DNA of 64,000 nt from Christensenellaceae bacterium (GCA_963674545.2 CAXXFB010000001.1:2484744-2548743), one strand, 5' to 3'. Counted from the first letter of the stretch, positions 9,037 through 18,637 are shown. Notes: generated by a model from the sequence alone, not told the origin. A program made the numbers and translations.

Positions 9037-9052
9037 GGTGAATCGATTTTAT
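9037..9052. promoter_or_regulatory. Candidate LacI-family operator, site 4 (GGTGAATCGATTTTAT)
   Basis: The core AATCGATT is a perfect palindrome. The site lies 17 nt upstream of the 9069 start codon. Confidence 0.3.
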
Positions 9053-9068
9053 TAGAGGGGTATATTTT

Positions 9069-10154
9069 ATGTCTTCACTTGATTGGATGGAACTGCTAGC
9101 AAGAAAAAAGAGTGCATATCTGTCAAATTACAATGAATACGCAGGTACAAAAAAATATGAATATTTTGATGGTAAAGAAAAAGGGGTACAAGTATTGGAT
9201 ATGTATTCCGGATCTGGTTTCCAATTATCTGTTTTATTGTCCAGAGGAATGGATATTGCTCAAGCAAAATATTGCGGAATGCCAATTGGATTTGTAAGTA
9301 AGTCAGGTATATTGCCACCGCAATTCTTTCAAAATGGGGATTGTGAATATATGAGGTTATTTTATGGTGGGTTGCTGACGACATGCGGACTAACTCAGGC
9401 AGGTATGCCATGTAAAGATATACATCCCGTTTTGGGTGAAATAAATCTTGGACTGCACGGACAGATAAATTGCACTCCGGCAGATAAGGTTAACGTAGAT
9501 GAAAGATGGGATAATGAAGAATACGTAATTACAGCTTCTGGACGAGTAAGACAGGCTATGGTATATGCAGAGAACATAACTATGGAACGAAAAATAGTTA
9601 TGAAAGCAGGACAAAGCAACTTTAAGATAATTGATGAAATTACAAATGAAGATGATAGAACTACACCACTAATGGTTTTGTATCATATGAATTTTGCATA
9701 TCCAGTTATCAGCGAAGATTCTCGTATTTATTCGAACTATGACAGGGTTGAACCATATACTGACTTTGCTAAAAAAGGAAGAGGAATTTATAACACCTTT
9801 CTTCCGCCACAAAAAAACTTTATGCCGGAAAACTTTAGTTTTTTGAATACGAAAAACAAAGAGGCTTGTGTTATGATTGCGAATGAGAAAATTGGGTTTG
9901 GCGCATATTTAAAGTTTGATACACTACAGCTTCCATATCTAACAGAGTGGCAATTGCTTGCCCATCAAGATTATGTATTAGGATTAGAGCCCGGGAATTG
10001 TATGCCGGAAGGACGATGTGCGGCAAGAGAAGCTGATCGGCTGGAGATGATTGAAGGTGGAGAGACAAAACATTTTGAAATCGAATTTGGGGTATTGGAC
10101 AGTCAAGAGCAAATCAATACTTTTAAAAAAGCAATAGTTATGAAGTGTTTATGA
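9069..10154 (+). CDS. Aldose-1-epimerase-like protein (DUF4432 type)
   Basis: RBS AGAGGGG precedes the start. Its length and motifs ('GLHGQI', 'LYHMNFAYP') recall the DUF4432 galactose-mutarotase-like family. Confidence 0.6.
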   Translation: MSSLDWMELLARKKSAYLSNYNEYAGTKKYEYFDGKEKGVQVLDMYSGSGFQLSVLLSRGMDIAQAKYCGMPIGFVSKSGILPPQFFQNGDCEYMRLFYGGLLTTCGLTQAGMPCKDIHPVLGEINLGLHGQINCTPADKVNVDERWDNEEYVITASGRVRQAMVYAENITMERKIVMKAGQSNFKIIDEITNEDDRTTPLMVLYHMNFAYPVISEDSRIYSNYDRVEPYTDFAKKGRGIYNTFLPPQKNFMPENFSFLNTKNKEACVMIANEKIGFGAYLKFDTLQLPYLTEWQLLAHQDYVLGLEPGNCMPEGRCAAREADRLEMIEGGETKHFEIEFGVLDSQEQINTFKKAIVMKCL

Positions 10155-10549
10155 ATTGAAAAAAAGGAGGATTGAGTCTGTTAAAGAATAATAAGGCAGT
10201 TAGCTTGCAGGTGTTGCATGGAGAATTACCAAAATCAATGGATGTTCTAATATTCTATATAATTAAAGCTAGAAACATAGAAAATACAAGATATTAAAGA
10301 CATTGTATTTTTCAGTAAAACTGTTGAAAACACGGTACTTCTTTAAAAGAATTTTACAATATGTCGAAGAAGATATGCAGACAAGAATTGATGTATTGAG
10401 TAGTAATGGAAAGTATATTGTTTCAGTGTTGCAAAGCTATATGCTAACACGAATTTCTAAAAGGGATGCTTACCACGTATAACGACTAAAACTAATATTC
10501 TTTATGTATGAAATTTTAATATGTAATTAGTGAAGGGAAGTGAAACTAT

Positions 10550-10984
10550 ATGATAGCGTTAGGCAGTGACCATGTTGGGCTTGAGCTAAAAGAAAAAATA
10601 TGTAAGTACTTAATTGATATGGAAATTCCATATGAAGATTTAGGTTGTTACTCAACTGAGCGAGTAAATTATCCAGAATTTGCACGAATGGTTGCAAAAG
10701 GTGTTGTAGAGGGGCGTTTTGAAAAGGGAATATTATTTTGTGGCACAGGTGTCGGAATATGCATTGCCGCAAATAAAGTGAAGGGAATTAGAGCAGTTGT
10801 TTGTAGCGAACCATATTCGGCAAAGCTATCCCGGATGCATAATGAAACAAATGTGCTTTGTCTTGGGTCTAGAGTTGTAGGCGAGGAGCTTGCTAAGATG
10901 ATTATAGATGAGTGGTTAAATGCGCAGCCTGAAGGCGGCAGGCATTCAAAACGTGTGGATATGCTCAATGAAATTAATGATTAG
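10550..10984 (+). CDS. rpiB: Ribose-5-phosphate isomerase B / sugar-phosphate isomerase (RpiB/LacA/LacB family)
   Basis: 'GSDHVG', 'ILFCGTGVG' and 'GGRHSKRV' are diagnostic RpiB blocks. Confidence 0.85.
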   Translation: MIALGSDHVGLELKEKICKYLIDMEIPYEDLGCYSTERVNYPEFARMVAKGVVEGRFEKGILFCGTGVGICIAANKVKGIRAVVCSEPYSAKLSRMHNETNVLCLGSRVVGEELAKMIIDEWLNAQPEGGRHSKRVDMLNEIND

Positions 10985-11030
10985 TTTCGGCAGAAATGCC
11001 GAGTAATATAACAAATAAAGGAGGAAAGAA

Positions 11031-12104
11031 ATGAAAAAAGTATTTATGATGGTCGTAGTTTTTGTGCTTATGGCTTCACTATTTGGTGGATGTACATCTA
11101 ACCAAGACTCACAAGCTAGTGAAAGCACTGTAGATGAAAGCACAGAAACCGAAGTTTCTACTGACACTGCAGAAGAGGATTTAGTAGAACCTGAGGCAGA
11201 TAAGATTGTGATTGGAGTTTCCATGGACACAGTGGATCATCCTTTCTGGCAAGCAGATATTGCTGGGATGCAAGCCAAGGCTGATGAACTGGGCGTTGAA
11301 CTTGATATTCAAGTAGCGCAGGGGGACGCCAATGTACAGAACAAGCAAATCGATGATATGCTGGCAAACGGTGTTGCTGCAATTATCTGCGCAGCGAAAG
11401 ACAGCCAAGCTATTATGCAAGCGGTTAAGAAATGCAACGAAAAGAACGTGCCGTTCATTTTTAATGACCGCGCTGTTGCTAGCACAGATGAAGCAACTGT
11501 AGCCTATGGAGTAGGGACAGATAACTACATCCTAGCAAAGACTGGTTGGGAATGGATGGTAGAATACGCAAGAGAAAATGGACTCACACTCAAGGTTTTA
11601 GAGCTCGTGGGAGATCTGGCGGATAACAATGTAGTAGATCGTTCTAATGGTTTTAAAGATGTAATGGAGGCCAATTCTGATGTTGTTGAGTTGGTTAAAG
11701 AAGTTCCAACAGAATGGAATTTGGATAAATCACTTGCGGGAACAACAAATGCGCTTCAGTCAAATCCGGAAATCAATTGTATCTACATGCATTCTGACTA
11801 TTTACTTGAGCCTACTATACAAGCCCTCAAGCAGGCTGATAAGTATTTCAAGATTGATGAACCTGGGCATATAATCATTATGCCGTTTGGTGGTTCGAAA
11901 AATTCTCTAGATGGGATAAGAGACGGTTTTATTGAAATGTGCTTTGGCATGAATATTTATGGTACTGGTGAACAATGTGTACAAGGGGCGTTCGATATTA
12001 TTAATGGTAAGACGTTTGACAGTCCATTAGGCGATCCTGGCTTTATTATTGATCAGAGCAATATAGATCAATATGGCAAAACCGCTTATGGGAACTGGGA
12101 ATAA
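11031..12104 (+). CDS. ABC sugar transporter substrate-binding lipoprotein
   Basis: AGGAGG RBS, signal peptide with lipobox 'LFGGC', and a periplasmic-binding-protein type I layout. Confidence 0.8.
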   Translation: MKKVFMMVVVFVLMASLFGGCTSNQDSQASESTVDESTETEVSTDTAEEDLVEPEADKIVIGVSMDTVDHPFWQADIAGMQAKADELGVELDIQVAQGDANVQNKQIDDMLANGVAAIICAAKDSQAIMQAVKKCNEKNVPFIFNDRAVASTDEATVAYGVGTDNYILAKTGWEWMVEYARENGLTLKVLELVGDLADNNVVDRSNGFKDVMEANSDVVELVKEVPTEWNLDKSLAGTTNALQSNPEINCIYMHSDYLLEPTIQALKQADKYFKIDEPGHIIIMPFGGSKNSLDGIRDGFIEMCFGMNIYGTGEQCVQGAFDIINGKTFDSPLGDPGFIIDQSNIDQYGKTAYGNWE

Positions 12105-12139
12105 CATTACATCGAAATAGTTAGAACGAGTTTAATTGT

Positions 12140-12170
12140 ATCGGATTCCCTTATTAATAGGGAATCCGAT
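12140..12170 (+). other. Perfect 12-bp-stem hairpin after the binding-protein gene (no T-run)
   Basis: ATCGGATTCCCT-tattaat-AGGGAATCCGAT. Confidence 0.6.
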
Positions 12171-12273
12171 AAACTCAAGATAATACAAAACTATAATGAT
12201 TTTCTAGTACAACAAATATCTAATATGTTGAAGTAAAGATATACGAGACGAAAAATTAATTGAGGTAATATTA

Positions 12274-13206
12274 ATGCATACAAAAGACAAATATTCCTTA
12301 GGTATTGATATAGGTGGTACCAAGGTTAATATAGGTATATTTAAAAATGATGGCAAGTTAAAGATAAAAAATAAATATTTAATTATAAAGGGAGGATCTT
12401 GTTATAATCTTGTTAAATACATTTGTGAAAATATTCTTACTTTAATTGATGAAAACGGGATTACATTGAAACAAATATTTTTTACTGGTGTTGGGGTACC
12501 GGGTACAGTAGATTCTGAAAACGCAAAGGTCATTTATGCTGCAAATGTTTTTTGGAAAGACGAACCAATCGGAGAATATTTTAAAGAATTCTTGGGTATT
12601 GATATAAAACTTATTCAAGATACTCGTGCAGCAGCGCTTGGAGAACTTCTATTTGGAGCAGGGAGAGGTTATAAAAACATTGTATGTATAACATTGGGAA
12701 CAGGTATCGGCGCCGGCATTATTATTAATAAGAAAATATATAATGGGTTGAGTAATGCCGCAGGTGAATTAGGACATATCATTGTCTCGCCCAATGGCAG
12801 GAAATGTAATTGCGGGCAGAAGGGGTGTCTTGAAGCATATGCTTCCGGTAATGCGATACAAAAGAGAGCAGAAGAGTTATTTGGTGAAATTGATAATATA
12901 ACAACAGAATCAGTTTTTAAACTTGCAGAACAAGAGAATAATACTGCAAAAGAAATAATTAAGGAAATGGTCAAGTATTTATCTATTGGAATCGTCAATA
13001 TTATAAATATTTTACAGCCAGAAGCTGTTATATTAAGTGGAGGATTGAGTTCGCAGGAAAAACTATTAATTAGTCCATTAAAAAGATTGGTTTCAAATAT
13101 GTGTTATTTGAATTCTGCGGATTTAATAAAGCCTATTTTAATTAGAGCTGAACTAGGGGAAGATGCACCGGTATATGGAGCTGGAATGCTATATAGGGAT
13201 CTTTAG
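12274..13206 (+). CDS. ROK-family sugar kinase
   Basis: 'LGIDIGGTK' ATP-binding motif and zinc motif 'CNCGQKGCLEAYASG'. Confidence 0.85.
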   Translation: MHTKDKYSLGIDIGGTKVNIGIFKNDGKLKIKNKYLIIKGGSCYNLVKYICENILTLIDENGITLKQIFFTGVGVPGTVDSENAKVIYAANVFWKDEPIGEYFKEFLGIDIKLIQDTRAAALGELLFGAGRGYKNIVCITLGTGIGAGIIINKKIYNGLSNAAGELGHIIVSPNGRKCNCGQKGCLEAYASGNAIQKRAEELFGEIDNITTESVFKLAEQENNTAKEIIKEMVKYLSIGIVNIINILQPEAVILSGGLSSQEKLLISPLKRLVSNMCYLNSADLIKPILIRAELGEDAPVYGAGMLYRDL

Positions 13207-13297
13207 AGAACATAATAATTGATATTATTATTTCAGATACTTTTTGTGACAAATAGAGAATAAAGAGTCGTTATTTTTCGAAAAGGGTGAGGGTAAA

Positions 13298-14269
13298 ATG
13301 AAAAGCAAATTCGAATTTATAAAAGGGTTCATAAAAGAAAATCCAATATATCTTTTATTCATTGTATTTATATTGTTTTCAATAATTTTTGTTGATGGTT
13401 TTTCAAGAGGTGAAAACCTAGTGAACATTTTAGTTCAATCAGCAGATTTAATTATTATCGCATGTGGCTTAACATTTGTAATTATGAATGGAGGAATTGA
13501 CTTCTCAGTTGTAGCCACTATTAATCTAGGTAGTGTAATCGGAGCAAGCATTATGTCTAGGGATAACGGCTGGATAGTAAACGAATCTTTCAATTGGATA
13601 ATAGCAATAATGGGAATGCTTGTAGTAGGCTTAATAATTGGCGCTGTAAATGGATGGGCGGTTGTAAAATTAAAAATGCCCTCGTTTATTGCTACGATGG
13701 CGACACAACTAGTATTTAGTGGATTAGCACTATACTTTACGCAATCTATGACAATTGGTAATTTACCGAATGTTTTTAACGATATTGCACAGGGAAGCAT
13801 TGCGTATATACCCATTCCTTTATTACTAACATTTATTTGTGGTGGCATAGCTTACTATTTATTACATCATACGCTGTTTGGTAGGCGGGTATTTGCCATT
13901 GGTACGAATCATATGACTTCGTTTATTTCAGGCATTCCAGTAAAGCGAACTATATTTGTATTGTTCTTACTTAGTGGACTTTTTGCGGCAACTGGAGGAA
14001 TAATTATGACATCACGTGTTGGGGCTGGAATGCCAGCACTTGCGCGAGAGATGCTGCTGGATATTGTTGCAGCAGTTATTATTGGTGGAACCAGTATTTC
14101 TGGGGGTAAGGGTAGTATTATAGGAACGGTGTTGGGCGGATTATTTATAGTTGTAATAAATAATAGTTTGAAATTGCTCGGGGTTGAGTGGTATGTGATA
14201 AATGTTTTTAAGGGAGTTTTGATAATATCTGTTGCTTTTCTTGATATACTCCGTAGAAGAAACAGATGA
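13298..14269 (+). CDS. ABC sugar transporter permease (RbsC/AlsC-like)
   Basis: Polytopic membrane protein with the 'GGIDFSV' block typical of ribose-type permeases. Confidence 0.8.
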   Translation: MKSKFEFIKGFIKENPIYLLFIVFILFSIIFVDGFSRGENLVNILVQSADLIIIACGLTFVIMNGGIDFSVVATINLGSVIGASIMSRDNGWIVNESFNWIIAIMGMLVVGLIIGAVNGWAVVKLKMPSFIATMATQLVFSGLALYFTQSMTIGNLPNVFNDIAQGSIAYIPIPLLLTFICGGIAYYLLHHTLFGRRVFAIGTNHMTSFISGIPVKRTIFVLFLLSGLFAATGGIIMTSRVGAGMPALAREMLLDIVAAVIIGGTSISGGKGSIIGTVLGGLFIVVINNSLKLLGVEWYVINVFKGVLIISVAFLDILRRRNR

Positions 14270-14292
14270 ATTATAAAATTGGAGAGTATAAA

Positions 14293-15798
14293 ATGAGTGA
14301 ATACATACTTGATTTAAGAGAAATTGAGAAAAAATATTCAGGTGTACAGGTTTTATTTGACGTAAACTTGCATCTGAAGAAAAACAGTGTGCTAGGGCTT
14401 GTAGGGGAAAATGGCGCAGGGAAATCAACATTGATGAATATTTTAGGAGGTATAGTTCCTAAAGATTCAGGAACTATATTATTGGATAATAAAGAATATA
14501 ACCCTACAGCACCTAAAGATGCCATCGAAAATGGAATTGCGTTTATACATCAAGAGCTTAACATGTTTGCGAATATGACAGTTGCCGAAAATATTTTTAT
14601 TGATAATTTTCCTAGGAATGCTGTTAAAACGCTTTCATATCGGAAAATGCGAAAAGAAGCTGCGGGAGTATTGGATAGATTAGGCGAAAAGATTAGTCCG
14701 AATCAAATGATTGGTGAATTACCGATGGGAACTCGACAAATGGTTGAAATAGGTAAAGCGCTTGCTAAAAGTTCAAAAATCATTATTTTTGATGAGCCAA
14801 CAACTTCTTTATCTAACAAAGAAAAAGAAAAATTATTCAGCATTATTAATGAACTTAAAGATTCAGGCGTTTCAGTAATATACATATCCCATATGCTGGA
14901 AGATGTATTCAGAATTTGTGATGATATTGCGGTGCTGAGAGATGGAAAATTAATTGGTCAGGGTAAAAGAGATAACTTAGATCGTAATATTGTTGTAAGA
15001 ATGATGGTTGGTAGAGAGTTGAGTAAACTATATCCCTATAAAGAGAAAAAAATAGGTTCTCCTATTTTGCAAGTTAAGGGTTTGTGCCAAGCAAAAACTT
15101 TAAATAACATAACGTTCACTCTCCATGAAGGAGAAATAGTTGGATTGTTCGGATTAATGGGGTCGGGTAGAAGTGAACTTGTTCGTGCGATTTTTGGAAT
15201 TGATAGTTTTGATTCAGGGAAAGTCTATTTTAAAAACGAAAAAATATCCAGACCTAGTCCAGAAAAATGGATACAAAAAGGAGTTGCACTTATTACAGAG
15301 GACCGTCGTGACGAGGGCTTATTAATGTCTAAATCAGTAAAGAGCAATCTCGTTTTGGCACACTTAAAATACTTAAAAGGGCCTGTAAATTATATATCTA
15401 AGAAGGATGAAAATATAAAAGCAGACTTTGCTATTAAGCAATTACAGATAAAAACGTATGATAAAGATTCTCAGGAAGCGTGTATGCTTAGTGGTGGGAA
15501 TCAACAAAAAGTAGTAATAGGTAAGTGGCTGCTTAATTCACCGGAAGTATTTTTAATGGATGAACCAACTCGGGGAATTGATGTTGGTGCAAAATATGAA
15601 ATCTATAATCATATGAACAATCTGGTAACGGAAAACTCAGCAATACTTTTTATATCTTCGGAGATGGAAGAATTAATGGGTGTGTGCGATAGGATACTGA
15701 TCATGAGTTACGGTAAAATCAGCGGGGAGATTGGGCGAGAAGATTTTAATCAAGAATGTCTGTTGAAAATGGCCATTAAAGGAGAAGATGAACGATGA
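14293..15798 (+). CDS. ABC sugar transporter ATP-binding protein (duplicated ATPase, RbsA/AlsA-like)
   Basis: The ATG at 14293 follows GGAGAG; the ATG at 14266 is an alternative start. Walker A 'GENGAGKST', signature 'LSGGNQQK', and two nucleotide-binding domains. Confidence 0.85.
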   Translation: MSEYILDLREIEKKYSGVQVLFDVNLHLKKNSVLGLVGENGAGKSTLMNILGGIVPKDSGTILLDNKEYNPTAPKDAIENGIAFIHQELNMFANMTVAENIFIDNFPRNAVKTLSYRKMRKEAAGVLDRLGEKISPNQMIGELPMGTRQMVEIGKALAKSSKIIIFDEPTTSLSNKEKEKLFSIINELKDSGVSVIYISHMLEDVFRICDDIAVLRDGKLIGQGKRDNLDRNIVVRMMVGRELSKLYPYKEKKIGSPILQVKGLCQAKTLNNITFTLHEGEIVGLFGLMGSGRSELVRAIFGIDSFDSGKVYFKNEKISRPSPEKWIQKGVALITEDRRDEGLLMSKSVKSNLVLAHLKYLKGPVNYISKKDENIKADFAIKQLQIKTYDKDSQEACMLSGGNQQKVVIGKWLLNSPEVFLMDEPTRGIDVGAKYEIYNHMNNLVTENSAILFISSEMEELMGVCDRILIMSYGKISGEIGREDFNQECLLKMAIKGEDER

Positions 15799-16766
15799 AA
15801 ACATGTGAAACAAAAAGTAGATTTAATATTTATGATGGTTTTTATAAATATGGCTTATATATGGTTTTTGTAGCTTTATTTGTTACATTTTCAATATTTA
15901 ACAAAGAATTTATCAGCATAGCAAATATTATTAACCTTTTACAGCAATCTTCTGCGCCTGCTATTGCTGCGGTTGGTGTTGTTTTTGTTCTTGTTTCCGG
16001 TGGAATTGATATTTCTATTGGATCAACAATTTATCTTACTGCAGCGTTAGTTACGATGGCCACAAATGCTGGCCTAGGGCTCATCCCTGCGATATTGTTA
16101 GTACTAATTACTGGCGGTATTATTGGTTGTTTAAATGGCTTTATGATTGCAAAACTACATATGGTACCAATTATTGTTACCTTAGCTATGATGTTCATTA
16201 TACGAGGTTTTACCCTTGCAATAACGAATATTGAAATGCAATATTTTATGAACCCAGTTGGTGATTTTATTGCGCGGTATCGTTTATTCGGCATCATTCC
16301 GATTATAGTGATTACAATGATTATAGTGCTTGCAATTGGGCAATTTGTTTTAAGTTATACAGCTTTTGGGCGACATTTATATGCAATGGGTAACAATAGT
16401 GTTGCTGCACTTAAAGCTGGAATTCGTTTTAAAAGAAACTCATTTCTTGTTTACATAATATCCGGTGCTTTAGCAGGCCTGGCAGGTTTAGTAGGTGGCG
16501 CACAGGTTGGAGGTGTAACTACAACCTATGGAAGCGGTCAGGAGTTCCTTGTAATTAGTGCATGTGTATTAGGAGGGGTGAGTCTCTTTGGGGGAAAAGG
16601 TAGAATATTTCCAGGTGCGTTTTTGGGTGTTCTTATTGTAATGGGGATTGAGAATGGTTTAGTCATGGCAAGCGCAAACGTATATTTATATACAATTATA
16701 CGCGGCATGGTGATATTCTTAGCAGTTATGGTAGATTGCTTAAGAAATACCAGTGAGCTAAGATAA
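15795..16766 (+). CDS. ABC sugar transporter permease, second subunit
   Basis: Its start overlaps the preceding stop (ATGA). It has the 'GGIDISIG' block and is polytopic. Confidence 0.8.
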   Translation: MKTCETKSRFNIYDGFYKYGLYMVFVALFVTFSIFNKEFISIANIINLLQQSSAPAIAAVGVVFVLVSGGIDISIGSTIYLTAALVTMATNAGLGLIPAILLVLITGGIIGCLNGFMIAKLHMVPIIVTLAMMFIIRGFTLAITNIEMQYFMNPVGDFIARYRLFGIIPIIVITMIIVLAIGQFVLSYTAFGRHLYAMGNNSVAALKAGIRFKRNSFLVYIISGALAGLAGLVGGAQVGGVTTTYGSGQEFLVISACVLGGVSLFGGKGRIFPGAFLGVLIVMGIENGLVMASANVYLYTIIRGMVIFLAVMVDCLRNTSELR

Positions 16767-17363
16767 TAAAGTTGATTTGGAAATGATATACGAGTTACAG
16801 TTTCATTAGCTTTCATCCATCTAAACAGCTGTATTATGATATGCAATAATATTCGATACAGGTTTTAGCAAGAAAGTACTATGATAAATAAACAACTTGA
16901 GAAGTTGAAGGCTTTAATTAAGTATTCTAATTATATATGAACGAAAATATTGTATCTGTTCCATCGTTTCAATATCAAAAGGTAAATTAACATAAGATCT
17001 TTTCGTTTTATATGCCTTCTTCTAATCTTCAGAAACTTTTAAATGTAAGTAAAACAAGACTAATGATAATGTGAAAGAAAATGCAGAAAAAATTAATAAA
17101 AATAAGAGCAGTTATGCAAGAGCGGTACAGTCGCTATGAACAAACATAGCTATATATAGTTACAGGATATTTTTAATGCCTCGTAGTCAGATTTGATTGC
17201 GGGGCTATTTTTATGTCTAAAAGCTGTGCTTTTCTGTGCGGCTTTTTTTGTTTTCCAAAGGAGTTTACATGTCAAACAATAGCAGATCGCCACCTTCCTT
17301 TCAGATTTCCTTGAAGTGTTTGGAAACTTCAATATCGCTTGGAAATATGAAGGGAGTAAACAA

Positions 17364-17834
17364 ATGAAACCAAGTTACAGAAAAGCATATTTAACAGACG
17401 GGACACAGGTAAAGATAACTGAAGAACTATTTCAACAACTAAGAGAATGGGAAAAAGAAGGCCGTCCAATTCATTTCAGTTATATAGACATGCTGAAACA
17501 AGAAGACAACGAAATGATCAACAAGCAGCGTTGTTATAACACATTCAATATCTCATTAGAAGGGGAGCTTGAAAAAGATTCATCTAACCCGATGTTGCTT
17601 AAAGACACAAGAGATGTTTCAGGCAAGGCGACCAGAAGTATTGAGATGCGAAACGCTATAAACTCTGTGCTTAGTCTTTGCTCCGAAGCTCAAAGAAGAA
17701 GATTCATCAAGTATTACTACTTGGATTTCACCCTCGACATGATCGCTGCACAAGAGGGCTGCAGCTTTCAAACTGTACAGCGTTCTATCAAGAAAGTAGA
17801 AAAAAGACTGATTATATTAAAAAATTTCTTCTAG
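17364..17834 (+). CDS. Sigma-70 region-4-like HTH protein (element regulatory protein)
   Basis: The ATG at 17364 follows GAAGGGAG. The C-terminus 'LSLCSEAQRRRFIKYYYLDFTLDMIAAQEGCSFQTVQRSIKKVEKRL' resembles a sigma r4 HTH. Confidence 0.5.
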   Translation: MKPSYRKAYLTDGTQVKITEELFQQLREWEKEGRPIHFSYIDMLKQEDNEMINKQRCYNTFNISLEGELEKDSSNPMLLKDTRDVSGKATRSIEMRNAINSVLSLCSEAQRRRFIKYYYLDFTLDMIAAQEGCSFQTVQRSIKKVEKRLIILKNFF

Positions 17835-18245
17835 GGGGGTGAAAAACATGCTCTCCCAACGCTATATAGTGTAGGGGTTTTTTCGAAATGGAAAAACCGC
17901 AGGCAAGTAATGCCTTGAAAGTTCATTGAAAATTGAATAAAAAGCGTTTCAAGTACGAAAGCCATGCAGCGTAGATACGAAAGCGACAGACAAGGACGCC
18001 AAAACCATTCTGCAGTGATACCCAAGGGGGCAGACCCTGACAAACTGTAAACCGGATAGACGATCCAAGAATGCGAGCGACAAACCTTGTCTGGGATATC
18101 CTAAGCCGTTAAAGATAGACGGCATTCGCCATGACCTGTGTGGTGCTGAAACTTCCCAAACGTTGGGCGGTCATACGATAGGACATAGAAGTCCTTAAAA
18201 ATGGGCGGGTGAAACTCCATGCGGTAGGTTATCTCTACCGGCTTG
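17835..18245 (+). ncRNA. Candidate structured non-coding RNA (unclassified)
   Basis: An ORF-free stretch that is visibly more GC-rich than its AT-rich flanks. Local hairpins occur at 17876-17898, 17901-17915, 18155-18167, 18180-18195 and 18222-18240. A 9-bp long-range pair is CAGACAAGG (17987-17995) with CCTTGTCTG (18085-18093). The strand is not established. Confidence 0.3.
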
Positions 18246-18346
18246 AAATGTTGACTAAAAAATCTGAAAGACATATACAATGCGGCATCTGTGAATTACC
18301 GGTGCCGCATGAATATATCTTTTGGAAATATTGAAGGAGGAAAATT

Positions 18347-18541
18347 ATGAATAGTAATTTGATTGATATTCAGAATGTAAAAATAAACACTGACCTTCCT
18401 GTATCGGATAAGGTTAAGAGCTTTATAGAGCAAATTATTGACCCATATCACTTCAAGTGTTGCGATGTAGAGGTCACTTTAGACTTTGACGGGCACGACT
18501 CACTCGAAAGCAAAATCATAAAACATCTATGCAGCAAATAA
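18347..18541 (+). CDS. Small conserved protein of the kind found just upstream of large serine recombinase genes (DUF6870-like impression)
   Basis: GGAGG RBS. The 'VKINTDLP...DPYHFKC' pattern is recalled from similar small ORFs in Firmicutes elements. Confidence 0.35.
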   Translation: MNSNLIDIQNVKINTDLPVSDKVKSFIEQIIDPYHFKCCDVEVTLDFDGHDSLESKIIKHLCSK

Positions 18542-18637
18542 AACGTTCTCAAATTTCTTGATTTGAAATTATTGTGCTAAGCTTTGATTGGCACTTAAAA
18601 GTCCTGCTGTTTGATAAAAAAACAGGAGGTATTTGTA

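Noticed and set aside
17835-18320. Group II intron fragment, tmRNA, RNase P or rRNA fragment.
   Set aside because: I found no GUGYG 5' end, no domain V-like GAAA-capped helix consensus, no tRNA-like 3' end, and no rRNA-like conserved blocks. It is left as an unclassified structured-RNA candidate.
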